Origin: Pseudomonadota bacterium
GTDB lineage: Bacteria > Desulfobacterota > Desulfobacteria > Desulfobacterales > JBDRRP01
NCBI GenBank assembly: GCA_043825735.1
Contig: JBDRRP010000105.1
Span: 1 to 64,000 of the forward strand
DNA length: 64,000 nucleotides
Reading direction: 5' to 3'
Of the stretch, positions 28,298-37,637 are shown one piece after another. The position numbers and the translations under genes were made by a program. The notes beneath the pieces are model-generated. The model had not been told where the DNA came from, searched no databases, and was given only the letters and a program-made list of their open reading frames with translations. Each line of letters starts with the position of its first letter. Within the stretch, counting starts at the first letter, position 1.

Positions 28298-29032
28298 TCA
28301 TCCTGAGGATTGGGAATCAGCAGGTGGTTGTTTTTCACCCACCGGGCAGGAAAGTTCACAGATCCGGCAAAACCTAAGCAGGTATAGCCCCGCAGCGCCG
28401 ATGCCGGTGTTGGTCGGGGGTTGGCGGCAGGCGTAGTCTCGCTGCATCTGTCGTCGACACCGATCGACGTTGAAGTGCCCGTCCCGGAACGCTTCCTGGG
28501 GACAGCGGCGCCGGCACGGCGCATCGCAGCCGTGGCAGGGATCAAACACGGGTGGGGCGGTCGCCCCCTTGAGGGGAGCATCCAGCAGCAGTGCACGAAA
28601 GCGCAGGTGGGCGCCGAATCTCGGTGAAACCATAAGGTTGTTTTTGCCGATGATGCCGAGGCCGGCTGCCACGGCCGCCTCTTTGAGGAAAATGCCCCCG
28701 GCATGTGGCGGATAGGGCAGACTATGGGCCCGAATCCCGCAGTCCATGCTCAGCCAGTCGATCATGCGGTCACCGACGCCGATGAGACGCCGGTTGCCGA
28801 GGGTGCCGTATTTGCCCCCCCAATCGTCCAGGGGAAGAAGATCCGTCGGGTGGTCCAGACCAAAAACCAGGACCGAAGCGGCCCATTTGGGCCAGTTCGG
28901 ATGCTTTTGACCGCCCTGTGACGGGGTCGTCAGCAGCTCCGCCATGGGCAGGACACCGGCCATAGAAGCCCCTAGGCGACAGACCGCCGCAACGATGCGA
29001 TCGACAGTGAGGCCGTATGTTGTGGCAGTCAT
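28298..29032 (-). CDS. Epoxyqueuosine reductase-like 4Fe-4S double-cluster protein
   Basis: LKEAAVAAGLGIIGKNNL, CHGCDAPCRRRCP, CRICELSCPVG. Confidence 0.8.
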   Translation of the reverse strand: MTATTYGLTVDRIVAAVCRLGASMAGVLPMAELLTTPSQGGQKHPNWPKWAASVLVFGLDHPTDLLPLDDWGGKYGTLGNRRLIGVGDRMIDWLSMDCGIRAHSLPYPPHAGGIFLKEAAVAAGLGIIGKNNLMVSPRFGAHLRFRALLLDAPLKGATAPPVFDPCHGCDAPCRRRCPQEAFRDGHFNVDRCRRQMQRDYACRQPPTNTGIGAAGLYLLRFCRICELSCPVGEKQPPADSQSSG

Positions 29033-29092
29033 AAGCGCTGTGTCATGTCATACACCCCGATACCGGTAGTGATTTCGCCGGCACCGGGCCCA

Positions 29093-29440
29093 TCAGGTGT
29101 TGGTATCCTGTTTTCTGCCGAGAAAAAAAGCGTCCACCGCTGCGAGGACCCAGCACAGGGTTATCCACAGCAGCGCCCCCTGCATGATCAGACCGTCGGC
29201 GGAAGCCACCGCCTTTGTGGCAGCCTCGTTGACGGCCGTCATATCGATGGAGTTTCCTGCCGCGATGGGCGCATCCAGGGCCTGAACGGCAACAGCGGTG
29301 GCCTTTACCACAAAGGCGATCACTCCGATCAGAACCGCCCCCATCACCACCAGCCCCCGGAGGGTGTGCTTGAGCATCATCTGGCCCAATCCCGGAAACA
29401 CCAGCGCAGACCACAATGCCCCTTTCCATGCCTGTTTCAT
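29093..29440 (-). CDS. Hypothetical membrane protein (SALVFPGLGQ motif)
   Basis: PGLGQ re-entrant motif, TM segments, GGGAG RBS. Confidence 0.7.
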   Translation of the reverse strand: MKQAWKGALWSALVFPGLGQMMLKHTLRGLVVMGAVLIGVIAFVVKATAVAVQALDAPIAAGNSIDMTAVNEAATKAVASADGLIMQGALLWITLCWVLAAVDAFFLGRKQDTNT

Positions 29441-29492
29441 GGCGTTGCTCCCTTGCCGCCCCGCAGGGCGCGATAGTGAACCCCGGCACGGC

Positions 29493-30071
29493 TCAACGGC
29501 CGTGTGCCAGCGTGGCCCACCATTCCTGTGGATTTCTTTTCTCCGCAACGGCCTTGGCCACCACGGCCCTCACGGCATCGGGCGATACGTCCGCTTCCCG
29601 CAGGAGGCTATTGTTTGTAAAGTCGGCATCATCGGTAAGACGGCAGATGTGTTTCAGGTGGAAGGCGTATTGGATAGGAAAGACCCACCCCAGCAGGATC
29701 AGGGCAATCTCGGCGCCCAGGGCGGTTCCCCAGCCCTGGAAATAGAGGAGTACGGCAAATGAACCGATGTGCGCTGCAAACCATGCCAGGGTCACCGGCG
29801 TCATGAATGACGGCACCAGCGCGAGCTGAACAGGGGATACCCGGCGATGGTCGTAATCCTTGCCACTGGTGCGGATGAGCGTGATCCGCGCGATGTTTCG
29901 GGTCGTGTTCTGAAAACCGTCGACAAAATTATGGAGCACCACATGCACCACGTATGGCAGCCACGCCCAGACAATGACTTTCTCCGGCCATACCGGCTGC
30001 GGGTGTGCCGTGCGGAAATAAACCACAAGCAGTCCTGCGATGAGCACATATGGCCAATTGGCTTTGAGCAT
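29493..30071 (-). CDS. Hypothetical membrane protein
   Basis: Several hydrophobic segments; GGGAG RBS. Confidence 0.65.
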   Translation of the reverse strand: MLKANWPYVLIAGLLVVYFRTAHPQPVWPEKVIVWAWLPYVVHVVLHNFVDGFQNTTRNIARITLIRTSGKDYDHRRVSPVQLALVPSFMTPVTLAWFAAHIGSFAVLLYFQGWGTALGAEIALILLGWVFPIQYAFHLKHICRLTDDADFTNNSLLREADVSPDAVRAVVAKAVAEKRNPQEWWATLAHGR

Positions 30072-30281
30072 GACGCTTTCTCCCGGTACCCCCTTCGGCG
30101 GATGACCCGTTTCATATCACAAGCCAGCAGTTTCTTCACGAAAAGATGCGGCAGGCCTAAAAACAATGACGACTCCGGGGCCGATCCCCGGAGCCGTCGC
30201 GGAGGTTGGGATGAAAACGCACTGGCACGATGGCAACAGCGCCGGTTTTCATATCCGTTATCGGCCATTTCCCGCAGGACT

Positions 30282-30641
30282 TTAGAGACTGATCACAGCG
30301 CTTTCGCAGGCCAGGGCGATCATCTCTCCGCCCGTTGCCATGCGGGCCCCCTCGATGAGGTCCGCTTCGCCGATTTGCCGGGCAACGGCACAGGGGGTGC
30401 ACACCAGCATGGGAATGCCAAATTCCTGGATATAGGCCAGATGATCGTCGGCTTTGTCGCCGGTGGCGGCCTGGACGTTAGCGGCCATCCCTTTGCGAGC
30501 CAAAAAAACGCCTTCATCAAGCAAAAAGACGGAGACCTGTTTGCCCTGCTTGTGGGCCACGGCGGCGAAAAACAGTCCCCGGGTGGCACGGTTGGGATTG
30601 TCGGTACCACAGGAAATTACGATGAGGACCTTGTCTGTCAT
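30282..30641 (-). CDS. DsrE family sulfur-relay protein
   Basis: VSVFLLDEGV, LVCTPCAVAR; AAAGGA RBS. Confidence 0.85.
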   Translation of the reverse strand: MTDKVLIVISCGTDNPNRATRGLFFAAVAHKQGKQVSVFLLDEGVFLARKGMAANVQAATGDKADDHLAYIQEFGIPMLVCTPCAVARQIGEADLIEGARMATGGEMIALACESAVISL

Positions 30642-30693
30642 TGCAGTGCATCCTTTCCATAGGTTGGTGTATATGGGCAGCTCACCTGATGCG

Positions 30694-31734
30694 CTATAGC
30701 TTTTTCAGTTCAACGGCTGCGCCCTGGGCCCAGCGAGATCCGGCCCACGCGGCAACCGATTTGTCGTAATACTCGCGGGCCTTGTCGAGCTTTCCGTCGG
30801 CGGCATACAGCCGGCCGAGTTTATAAAAAACCTGGGCCATGACATCCTTGCTGTCGTTTTCCCCCAGATCCGACGGGATACCGAAATCAGCCTCAGGATC
30901 GTCGGCAATCTGCTCGATGTACAGGTAGTCTTCCATGGCAAAATGGCGCCGGCCCAGAAAACCGGGAAGATTCAAACTGTTGTTGGCTCTGAGCACACGA
31001 ATGAGGATGTTCTTGGGATCCTTCTTGACAGCATCGTCAATCATGCCGGTGCCCTTGCTCACCATGTGCATTTTGGTAAACGGGTTGCTGCTGTCCCGGG
31101 CCACCATGGTATAACAGCTGCCGAGAAACGCATACGCCTCCCAGTCGCTCGGGGTTTTCGCCATCACCGCCTCCAGGCTGGCGATGGCCCGGTCCAGATA
31201 TCCGTCGACGTGGAGGGCCGCCTGGTGATGATAGACGAAACCAAGCCGTTTCAGGGCATCCACATCATCTGGATCGTCTTTCAGTTTCTTCTCATATCGG
31301 CGGATGTAGCGTTCCCGGGGGCTATCACCGGGCGGATAACCCATATCTGTCGGCAGATCGTTGCTGCCCAGGGGCGGTGCCGGCAAAAGGATCCCGCCAC
31401 CGGCACCGGATGCGCTGGCTGAACTGCCACCCGCACCACCGGCCCCGGCACCGCCGCTACCGCCACCACCGGCACTACCACCTCCGGTACTACCACCTCC
31501 GATACTACCACCACCGCCACCGCCACCACCACCACCACCACCGCCACCACCGCCACCACCGCCGCCGCCACCACCACCACCACCACCACCACCGCCGCCG
31601 CCACCGCCACCACCGCCGCCACCACCGCCACCACAACCGGCATGGGTAGTGGCGACCGGCGACACGAGCACCATGGCCATACATGACAAACAGGCAACGA
31701 CAATCACCAACGGTAGTAAGCGGCAATAACGCAT
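30694..31734 (-). CDS. Exported TPR protein with a 42-residue polyglycine tract
   Basis: Signal peptide, Gly tract, TPR-like repeats (ALKRLGFVY, AYAFLGSCY, VFYKLGRLY); GGAGG RBS. Confidence 0.8.
   Translation of the reverse strand: MRYCRLLPLVIVVACLSCMAMVLVSPVATTHAGCGGGGGGGGGGGGGGGGGGGGGGGGGGGGGGGGGGGGGGGGGGSIGGGSTGGGSAGGGGSGGAGAGGAGGSSASASGAGGGILLPAPPLGSNDLPTDMGYPPGDSPRERYIRRYEKKLKDDPDDVDALKRLGFVYHHQAALHVDGYLDRAIASLEAVMAKTPSDWEAYAFLGSCYTMVARDSSNPFTKMHMVSKGTGMIDDAVKKDPKNILIRVLRANNSLNLPGFLGRRHFAMEDYLYIEQIADDPEADFGIPSDLGENDSKDVMAQVFYKLGRLYAADGKLDKAREYYDKSVAAWAGSRWAQGAAVELKKL
31507..31632 (-). repeat. (GGT/GGC)x42 trinucleotide tract encoding poly-Gly
   Basis: 126 nt of ACC/GCC triplets on the + strand. 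Confidence 0.95.
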
Positions 31735-31920
31735 TGATCCCTCCGTGAGCGGCTATTTTTTTTAAAGCATATGGTAGCCTTCGGAGAAAAACCCTGTCAA
31801 CATCCATATGCCATCGCAGAGCGGGTGGTGCTTGCGCCCCATGCAAGGGCCATGGTAATCGGCGAAACAATCTTGATTTCAAAGTGCTTTCTTGGTTAAA
31901 ACGAAAATCGACTACCTAAA

Positions 31921-32067
31921 TAGTGTCCATCCAGAAATGGTAGATTTTGGTTCAGAGCAAGGCTTGAGCATTTTCGAAACCGGAGGAATAGCGTGCTATT
32001 TCGAGGATTTCGAAAAGTGCGAAGACGCCGCTCTGGGACAAAAGATGCCGTTTATGGATGGGCACTA
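31921..32067. mobile_element. 147-bp palindromic MITE-like element, copy 1
   Basis: Ends TAGTGTCCATCCAGAAA / TTTATGGATGGGCACTA; second copy at 37486-37633. Confidence 0.75.
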
Positions 32068-32099
32068 AATAACGCCGGAGGAGACGCAATCGAGGATAT

Positions 32100-32558
32100 A
32101 TGAAAAAAAATAGACGCGTACAAAAACGCCTCAGCGCGATGGGAGCGATACTGGTGCTGCTGGTATCGGCCGCCGTATCCTGCGTTGCCCTGGATCAATC
32201 GCGAACGCCCGAGGAAAAGGGCATCCGCCAAACCGATTACCTGCATTCGCTGGCCGGTGTCTACACGGCGTCGCTGCCGGGATCGCCCACGTCCCCGGGG
32301 GAGCTGTTGCTGGCACTTTACACGGACGGCACCTGCCTTTTTGCCGACAAACGGTTCGACCGGGAAAGCGCTGCGGTCATGACCGGTCGCTGGGACATCG
32401 ACAGCCACGACCAGCAGGTGACACTGAGGCTGAAAAGCGACAAAAGTGCGCGCCGGATGCTGACCCTCGCCCACCAGGGGCCGGATCTCAAAGTCACAGG
32501 GACCGATTACGGCAGTGACGGTCTGGTGCTGATACGCAAGGATTCCGCCGCCCGGTAG
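32100..32558 (+). CDS. Lipoprotein with NlpE N-terminal-like domain
   Basis: AVS-C lipobox; GVYTASLP, LALYTDGT, TGRW. Confidence 0.65.
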   Translation: MKKNRRVQKRLSAMGAILVLLVSAAVSCVALDQSRTPEEKGIRQTDYLHSLAGVYTASLPGSPTSPGELLLALYTDGTCLFADKRFDRESAAVMTGRWDIDSHDQQVTLRLKSDKSARRMLTLAHQGPDLKVTGTDYGSDGLVLIRKDSAAR

Positions 32559-32575
32559 CCGTCGTCCGGAAACCC

Positions 32576-33211
32576 CTACCCGATGGCCCGCTCATCACGA
32601 TACCCGTCTTCCCAATACCCGTCGCCATAGTCGATGAGCAGCTGCTCATCGGGGGCGATATCACAGGCGGCCCTGAAAAAAAGGACCCACTGCCCCTCAT
32701 GAAGGGTATGCTCCACGGCCACATTGGGCGCCGGCCCGTGATTGACGAACCGCAACTCGTTGCCTTCCCAGCGGCCGTTGATCTCCAGGGTGGGCCCTGA
32801 CGGCACCGGGTCGAGATAGTACCAGGAATAGTCGCTCTCATAGCTCCCATCGCCCTCTTCGGCACCGGTTGCTGCCGATTCGGGCTGAACCACCCCGGCG
32901 TACTCTCCAATGAACTCGGCTTCGCGGATGGGCGCGGCGGCGAACACCCCGTAGCCGATGGCCTCGTTGATCTTGCGGATGTACAACGGCGCCAGGTGGC
33001 CGCTGTCGATCATTTTGCCATAATCCCGGCAGAGGTCGTCGAAAAGCCCCCGGTTCTCCCGATAGTAAGTGCTGGCGCTGAGATCCATGGACAGCAGCGG
33101 CTTCCAGGCCACCCGGGTACGGGAGAGGTACCTGATCCCCAGGCGCTGGAAAAAGCCGTGAATTTCATCTCGGGTTCTAAAGATCTCCATTCGGTGAGGT
33201 GAGTGGATCAT
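32576..33211 (-). CDS. SET-domain protein-lysine methyltransferase
   Basis: GYGVFA, FIGEYAG, RFVNH..PN, EQLLIDYG motifs; start uncertain. Confidence 0.88.
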   Translation of the reverse strand: MIHSPHRMEIFRTRDEIHGFFQRLGIRYLSRTRVAWKPLLSMDLSASTYYRENRGLFDDLCRDYGKMIDSGHLAPLYIRKINEAIGYGVFAAAPIREAEFIGEYAGVVQPESAATGAEEGDGSYESDYSWYYLDPVPSGPTLEINGRWEGNELRFVNHGPAPNVAVEHTLHEGQWVLFFRAACDIAPDEQLLIDYGDGYWEDGYRDERAIG

Positions 33212-33319
33212 GGGACCCCGCAGCATTGTCGCCAATGGCCCGATGTTAAGGGCGTCTGAATAAAAGATTACGCTTATGCAGAAAGCGCCAGTTGGTATTT
33301 TCCCAAAGTGATATTGAAC

Positions 33320-33455
33320 CAGTCACGGAGGACACGGAGATTTTATACCCAAAATCAACCGCTGTTGATTTTCTCCGTGCCCTCCGTGACTGGTGATCAC
33401 AATGCAATAGGGAAAACCGGTCTTTGACGCTAAACTGGAGCTTCATAGAGAAGCG
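33320..33455. repeat. About 135-bp repeat, inverted copy of 42951-43099
   Basis: Shared CGCTTCTCTATGAAGCTCCAGTTTAGCGT.AAAGACCGG end plus CACGGAG/CTCCGTG hairpin. Confidence 0.8.
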
Positions 33456-33804
33456 TATAAAAGATAATGGGCCACCTGTAAATGGATACCCGGCAAGGCG
33501 GCACCCGGGGGTTCCGGGAGCGACGCCCCCCCTCCCGAAATCCATTCGCGGCGGGGATAAAAAATGTTCCGCGGGCTTATCGATGAAAACCGGCTGGACG
33601 GCCCCCGATGGCGCACGACGCACGGGCTGATACACGGCTTAATGCCGGTTCAATAGCGATATCAAGCAAGTAGCGGGGATGATCCTGCTTGACCTGAACA
33701 CCATTATCGCATATTCAGGGGCTGGTCGGCGCGCAGAGGCGCCGGCGGATCGCACCGGCGGGGACCGCAACGTCCCCACTGCGGCAAGGGCCATCGGATT
33801 CGAT

Positions 33805-35262
33805 ATGTACCGTGAAAACTACATCAAATCACTGCGCAAGGAGCTGCTGGCCCTCGTCGAGGATCATCTGACCCCGGTGGCGCTCGCTTACGGCTACAGC
33901 GAGACGCCCCTGGAATCCAACATCAAGTGGCGCCCCCAGGTGTTGGTGCTGGGAAACTATTCCTCGGGAAAATCGACCCTGATCAACGAATTCCTCGGCG
34001 CCGACATCCAGGGCACCGGCCAGGCCCCCACCGACGACTCCTTCACGATTATCACCTACGCCGACAGCCAGGACAACAGCGACGGGGTACAGGTCACCGA
34101 AACCCGCGACGGAAAATATCTTCTCAACGATCCGGAATATCCCTTCGAGGCGCTCAAACGGCACGGGCAGCGGTTCGCGTCGCATTTCCGGATGAAGAAG
34201 GTCAACTCGCCGTTTTTGCGGACGCTCAGCATCATCGACACCCCGGGCATGCTCGACAGCATCACCGAACGCGACCGGGGCTACAACTACCAGGATGTCA
34301 TCGGCGATCTGGCACAAATTTCCGACCTGGTGCTGATCCTCTTTGATCCGCACAAGGCCGGCACGGTGCGCGAAGCCCATGCGAGCCTGCGTGACACCTT
34401 GCCCGCCAAGACCTTTGAAGACCGGGTCCTGTTTGTGCTCAACCGCATCGATGAGTGCGCCTCGCTGACCGATCTTTTGCGGGTGTACGGCACCTTGTGC
34501 TGGAACCTGTCACAGATGACGGGCCGAAAAGACATCCCCATGATCCATCTGACGTACTCGCCCCGGGCGGCCGCTTCGGCACGGACCACCGAATCCGAAA
34601 CCGCCGGGTACCTGCAGTTTCTGGAAAACCAGAGAGAAGACCTTAAAAAGGCCATTCACCAGGCGCCCAAGCACCGGCTCGACAACCTGGCCGCCTTTGT
34701 AGAGACCCACAGTGAGCGGTTGACCCATCTGCTGGAGGCGCTCTCGAACTACCGGCTGAGACGGCGCGCCCATCAGTTCAAGGCATGGATTACCGCCGGG
34801 CTTTTCAGCCTTCTGGCCAGTGGGGCGTCCGCCCTGCTGATGCTCTCCAGTCCGGTGTTCGCCGGCATGTCGCCCCTGATGCTCACGGGCGCCGCCGCGG
34901 GAGTGTCGACGATCGCCATGCTGCTGTGGTGGGCAACGGTGAGACCCGGATCGGATCGTCGCTTTCACCGCCGCCAGATGACGCACCTGGACACGTTGAC
35001 CCCGCTGGGCAACCAGACCCGCCGGGACACCTGGCAAAATGTCAAAGACATGGCCCGCGCCTATCTCGAACAAACCAGCGGCCGGTTTTCCACGCGCCGC
35101 GCCCGGCAGGATTATGCCACGGTGAACCGTGTGTTTCAGCAGGGATCCCGGGAAATCCGCGAAGCCCTCAACGAGCTGTCGACCATCCGCCATGACGGCC
35201 CCGCACCGGTGGACCCGCCGACGCCGGCGGTGGTCTCCTTCCTGAAAAAAGAATCCGCCTGA
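33805..35262 (+). CDS. EHD-like dynamin-superfamily NTPase with two C-terminal TM helices
   Basis: GNYSSGKST, PTDDSF, IIDTPG, RGYNY, LFDPHK, VLNRID, LLRVYGTLCW. Confidence 0.85.
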   Translation: MYRENYIKSLRKELLALVEDHLTPVALAYGYSETPLESNIKWRPQVLVLGNYSSGKSTLINEFLGADIQGTGQAPTDDSFTIITYADSQDNSDGVQVTETRDGKYLLNDPEYPFEALKRHGQRFASHFRMKKVNSPFLRTLSIIDTPGMLDSITERDRGYNYQDVIGDLAQISDLVLILFDPHKAGTVREAHASLRDTLPAKTFEDRVLFVLNRIDECASLTDLLRVYGTLCWNLSQMTGRKDIPMIHLTYSPRAAASARTTESETAGYLQFLENQREDLKKAIHQAPKHRLDNLAAFVETHSERLTHLLEALSNYRLRRRAHQFKAWITAGLFSLLASGASALLMLSSPVFAGMSPLMLTGAAAGVSTIAMLLWWATVRPGSDRRFHRRQMTHLDTLTPLGNQTRRDTWQNVKDMARAYLEQTSGRFSTRRARQDYATVNRVFQQGSREIREALNELSTIRHDGPAPVDPPTPAVVSFLKKESA

Positions 35263-35459
35263 TCCTCGCCCTTGCAATCTTCAGCAAGATGACCTGCGAC
35301 TTGCTTATGGGCGATTCTCGAGCTGATGTGAAGCGCAGCACTGCAAGTAAACCAATAGTCCACAAAGAAAACCAAAAACCGTTCTCGCGCAGGGACGCAG
35401 GGAACATCAAAAGTCGATAAAACCGGCACTGAGCCTTTTGGTGTTGCTGTTTTTGGTTT

Positions 35460-35880
35460 TTAGAGTTTTACCCGGTCACAACGCAGCCGAGGGGGGCGGG
35501 GGATCGCGGAGACAAGGGGGTTGCCTGATTGAGCCCGCGCAGCGGGCGAGTTCGCAATCCCCGCCGCGATCGCACGCACGCCTCGGGAATCCGCCGCAGG
35601 CGGACAAGTTGTTGGGTGCCCTTTCTTTTGGTTCTTTTCTTTGGGCAAGCAAAGAAAAGAACGCGCCTGTCGCAAGCGACCGCGCCTTCGGAAAAGACAT
35701 GACGCCAGCACAAACCGGCATGGATGCCTCCTTAACGGTTTAAAGGCAACCTGAATATACCGTCTATAGGCAATCTTGGCGGCATCTTGTCGGGCATAGC
35801 GCGCAGAGCGAACTGTCCGCCATTATGTCCGCCGAAGCCTTTAGGCGGAAGCGCAGCGACGGCGGAAACCTGAAGCGAGC
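35460..35880. repeat. Probable intergenic repeat elements (CCCTTTCTTTTGGTTCTTTTCTTTGGGCAAGCAAAGAAAAGAAC type; nested GGGCATAGCGCGCAGAGCGAA and TCCGCCGAAGCC hairpins)
   Basis: Strong hairpins between convergent genes; inner motifs shared with about 13995-14030 and 14939-14965. Confidence 0.6.
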
Positions 35881-35915
35881 GTCATTTCTGATGTTTTCGA
35901 ACCATGATCTTCAAT

Positions 35916-35947
35916 AAAAAAACGCCCGTGCGATCTGCACGAGCGTT
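35916..35947 (-). terminator. Rho-independent terminator of the liv operon
   Basis: AACGCTCGTGC-AGATC-GCACGGGCGTT plus T-run. Confidence 0.75.
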
Positions 35948-35972
35948 CGAAGACCGGTGGCCGGTGGATCGG

Positions 35973-36680
35973 TCAAATACCCAGATAGGCCTTCTTGACA
36001 TCCTCGTTTTGCAGCAGCCGCGAGGCATCATCGGCAAGGGTAATCAGGCCGTTTTCCATGACATACCCCCGATGGGCCAGTTTCAGGGCCATATTCGCAT
36101 TTTGCTCCACCAGAAAGATCGTCGTGTTGCTTTCGGAATTGATCTTCTTCACGGTCTCGAAGATGCGCTTGACCACCAGCGGCGCCAGGCCGAGTGACGG
36201 CTCATCCATCAGCAGCAGTTTGGGACGCGCCATGAGGGCGCGGGAGATGGCGAGCATCTGCTGCTCCCCGCCGCTGAGCGTGCCGCCGGCCTGGCTGCGA
36301 CGCTCGGCGAGGATGGGAAACAGATCGTACACGTACTCCAGATCCTTTCGGATACCGTTTTTGTCGCGGCGCAGAAAGGCGCCCATGTCGAGGTTTTCCG
36401 CCACGGTGAGGTAGGGGAAAATCCGCCGGCCCTCCGGGACCAGACTGATGCCGAGTTCGACGATCTTGTTTCCCGGCACATCGTGAATCGGCTTGCCTTC
36501 AAACCACACTTCTCCCCGGCGCGGGTGCACGGCGCCGCAGATGGACATGAGGGTGGTGGTCTTTCCGGCGCCGTTGGCGCCGATCAGGGTGATGATTTCC
36601 CCCACGCCGACGGTAAGGCTCACACCCTTGAGCGCCTGGATATTTCCGTAATAGGTATGAATTTCCTTCAACTCAAGCAT
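35973..36680 (-). CDS. livF: Branched-chain amino acid ABC transporter ATPase
   Basis: GANGAGKT, LSGGEQQMLAI, DEPSLGLAP, LVEQNA. Confidence 0.95.
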   Translation of the reverse strand: MLELKEIHTYYGNIQALKGVSLTVGVGEIITLIGANGAGKTTTLMSICGAVHPRRGEVWFEGKPIHDVPGNKIVELGISLVPEGRRIFPYLTVAENLDMGAFLRRDKNGIRKDLEYVYDLFPILAERRSQAGGTLSGGEQQMLAISRALMARPKLLLMDEPSLGLAPLVVKRIFETVKKINSESNTTIFLVEQNANMALKLAHRGYVMENGLITLADDASRLLQNEDVKKAYLGI

Positions 36681-37461
36681 CGAAATCTTCTCCGAGGTAT
36701 GCCTTGATCACCACCGGGTTGTTTTTAATCTCCTCGGGGGTTCCCTGGGCGATCTTCTTGCCGTAATCAACGACGAAAATCCGATCCGACAGACTCATGA
36801 CCAGCTTCATGTCATGCTCGATGAGCAGAATGGAGATTTTTTCCTCATTGCGGATCTTGATGATCAGATCGTCGAGATCATTTGTCTCATGGGGGTTCAT
36901 GCCGGCCGCCGGTTCATCGAGCAACAGGAGAAAGGGCTCAGTGGCCATTGCCCTGGCGATCTCCAGGCGGCGCTGGGCACCGTAGGGCAGATTGGAGGCC
37001 ATCTCATTGACGTATTTTTGAAGATTCAGTTTTTCAATGATGACATAGCTGTCCTTGACAACCTGGCGTTCTTCCAATCGCGTGGCCGGATTCCTGAAAA
37101 CGGCCCCGAGGATGCCGGCATGCATCCGGCAGTGACGACCGATCATGACGTTTTCCAGCACGGTCATGTTCTGAAACAGGCGGATGTTCTGAAAGGTCCG
37201 GGCCATCCCATGTTCGGCCACAGTGTTGGGCTTAAAGCCGTTGATGCGCAGCGTTGCCTTGCCCGGGGGCGTGATCAGCACATCCCCCGCCGACGACGTG
37301 TAGATGCCCGTGATGCAGTTGAAAAATGTGGTCTTGCCCGCACCGTTGGGCCCGATGAGGGCGACGATTTCCCCCTCCCGGATATTGAGATCCACATGGT
37401 CCAGGGCCCGAAGGCCCCCAAAATCCATGGTCAGTTGCTTGACTTCCAAAATGTCATTCAT
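36673..37461 (-). CDS. livG: Branched-chain amino acid ABC transporter ATPase
   Basis: FGGLRA, GPNGAGKT, LPYGAQRRLEIARA, IEHDM, VIKAYLG. Confidence 0.95.
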   Translation of the reverse strand: MNDILEVKQLTMDFGGLRALDHVDLNIREGEIVALIGPNGAGKTTFFNCITGIYTSSAGDVLITPPGKATLRINGFKPNTVAEHGMARTFQNIRLFQNMTVLENVMIGRHCRMHAGILGAVFRNPATRLEERQVVKDSYVIIEKLNLQKYVNEMASNLPYGAQRRLEIARAMATEPFLLLLDEPAAGMNPHETNDLDDLIIKIRNEEKISILLIEHDMKLVMSLSDRIFVVDYGKKIAQGTPEEIKNNPVVIKAYLGEDFDA

Positions 37462-37485
37462 GCCTGATGTGGTCCTGCCGTTAGT

Positions 37486-37633
37486 AAATGTCCGCCCAGA
37501 AATGGTAGATTTTGGTTCAGAGCAAGGCTTGAGCATTTTCGAAACCGCAGGCATAGTGGAGCTATGTCGAGGATTTCGAAAAGTGCGAATACGCCGCTCT
37601 GGACCGAAAGATGCCGTTTATGGGTGGACATTA
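37486..37633. mobile_element. 148-bp palindromic MITE-like element, copy 2, between livM and livG
   Basis: Colinear with 31921-32067 over the full length. Confidence 0.75.
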
Positions 37634-37637
37634 GGTT

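Noticed and set aside
28298..29032. Calling this gene queG or a reductive dehalogenase
   Set aside because: Short, with only the shared Fe-S/cobalamin-fold motifs visible; specific function cannot be assigned by eye
31281..31882. Poly-Pro, poly-His/Arg, poly-Val and poly-Trp ORFs
   Set aside because: Alternative frames of the poly-Gly tract; only the Gly frame has an RBS, signal peptide and TPR domain
35438..35743. Several 81-101 aa ORFs in the gap between the dynamin gene and livF
   Set aside because: They overlap a palindromic repeat-like element and lack protein-like features
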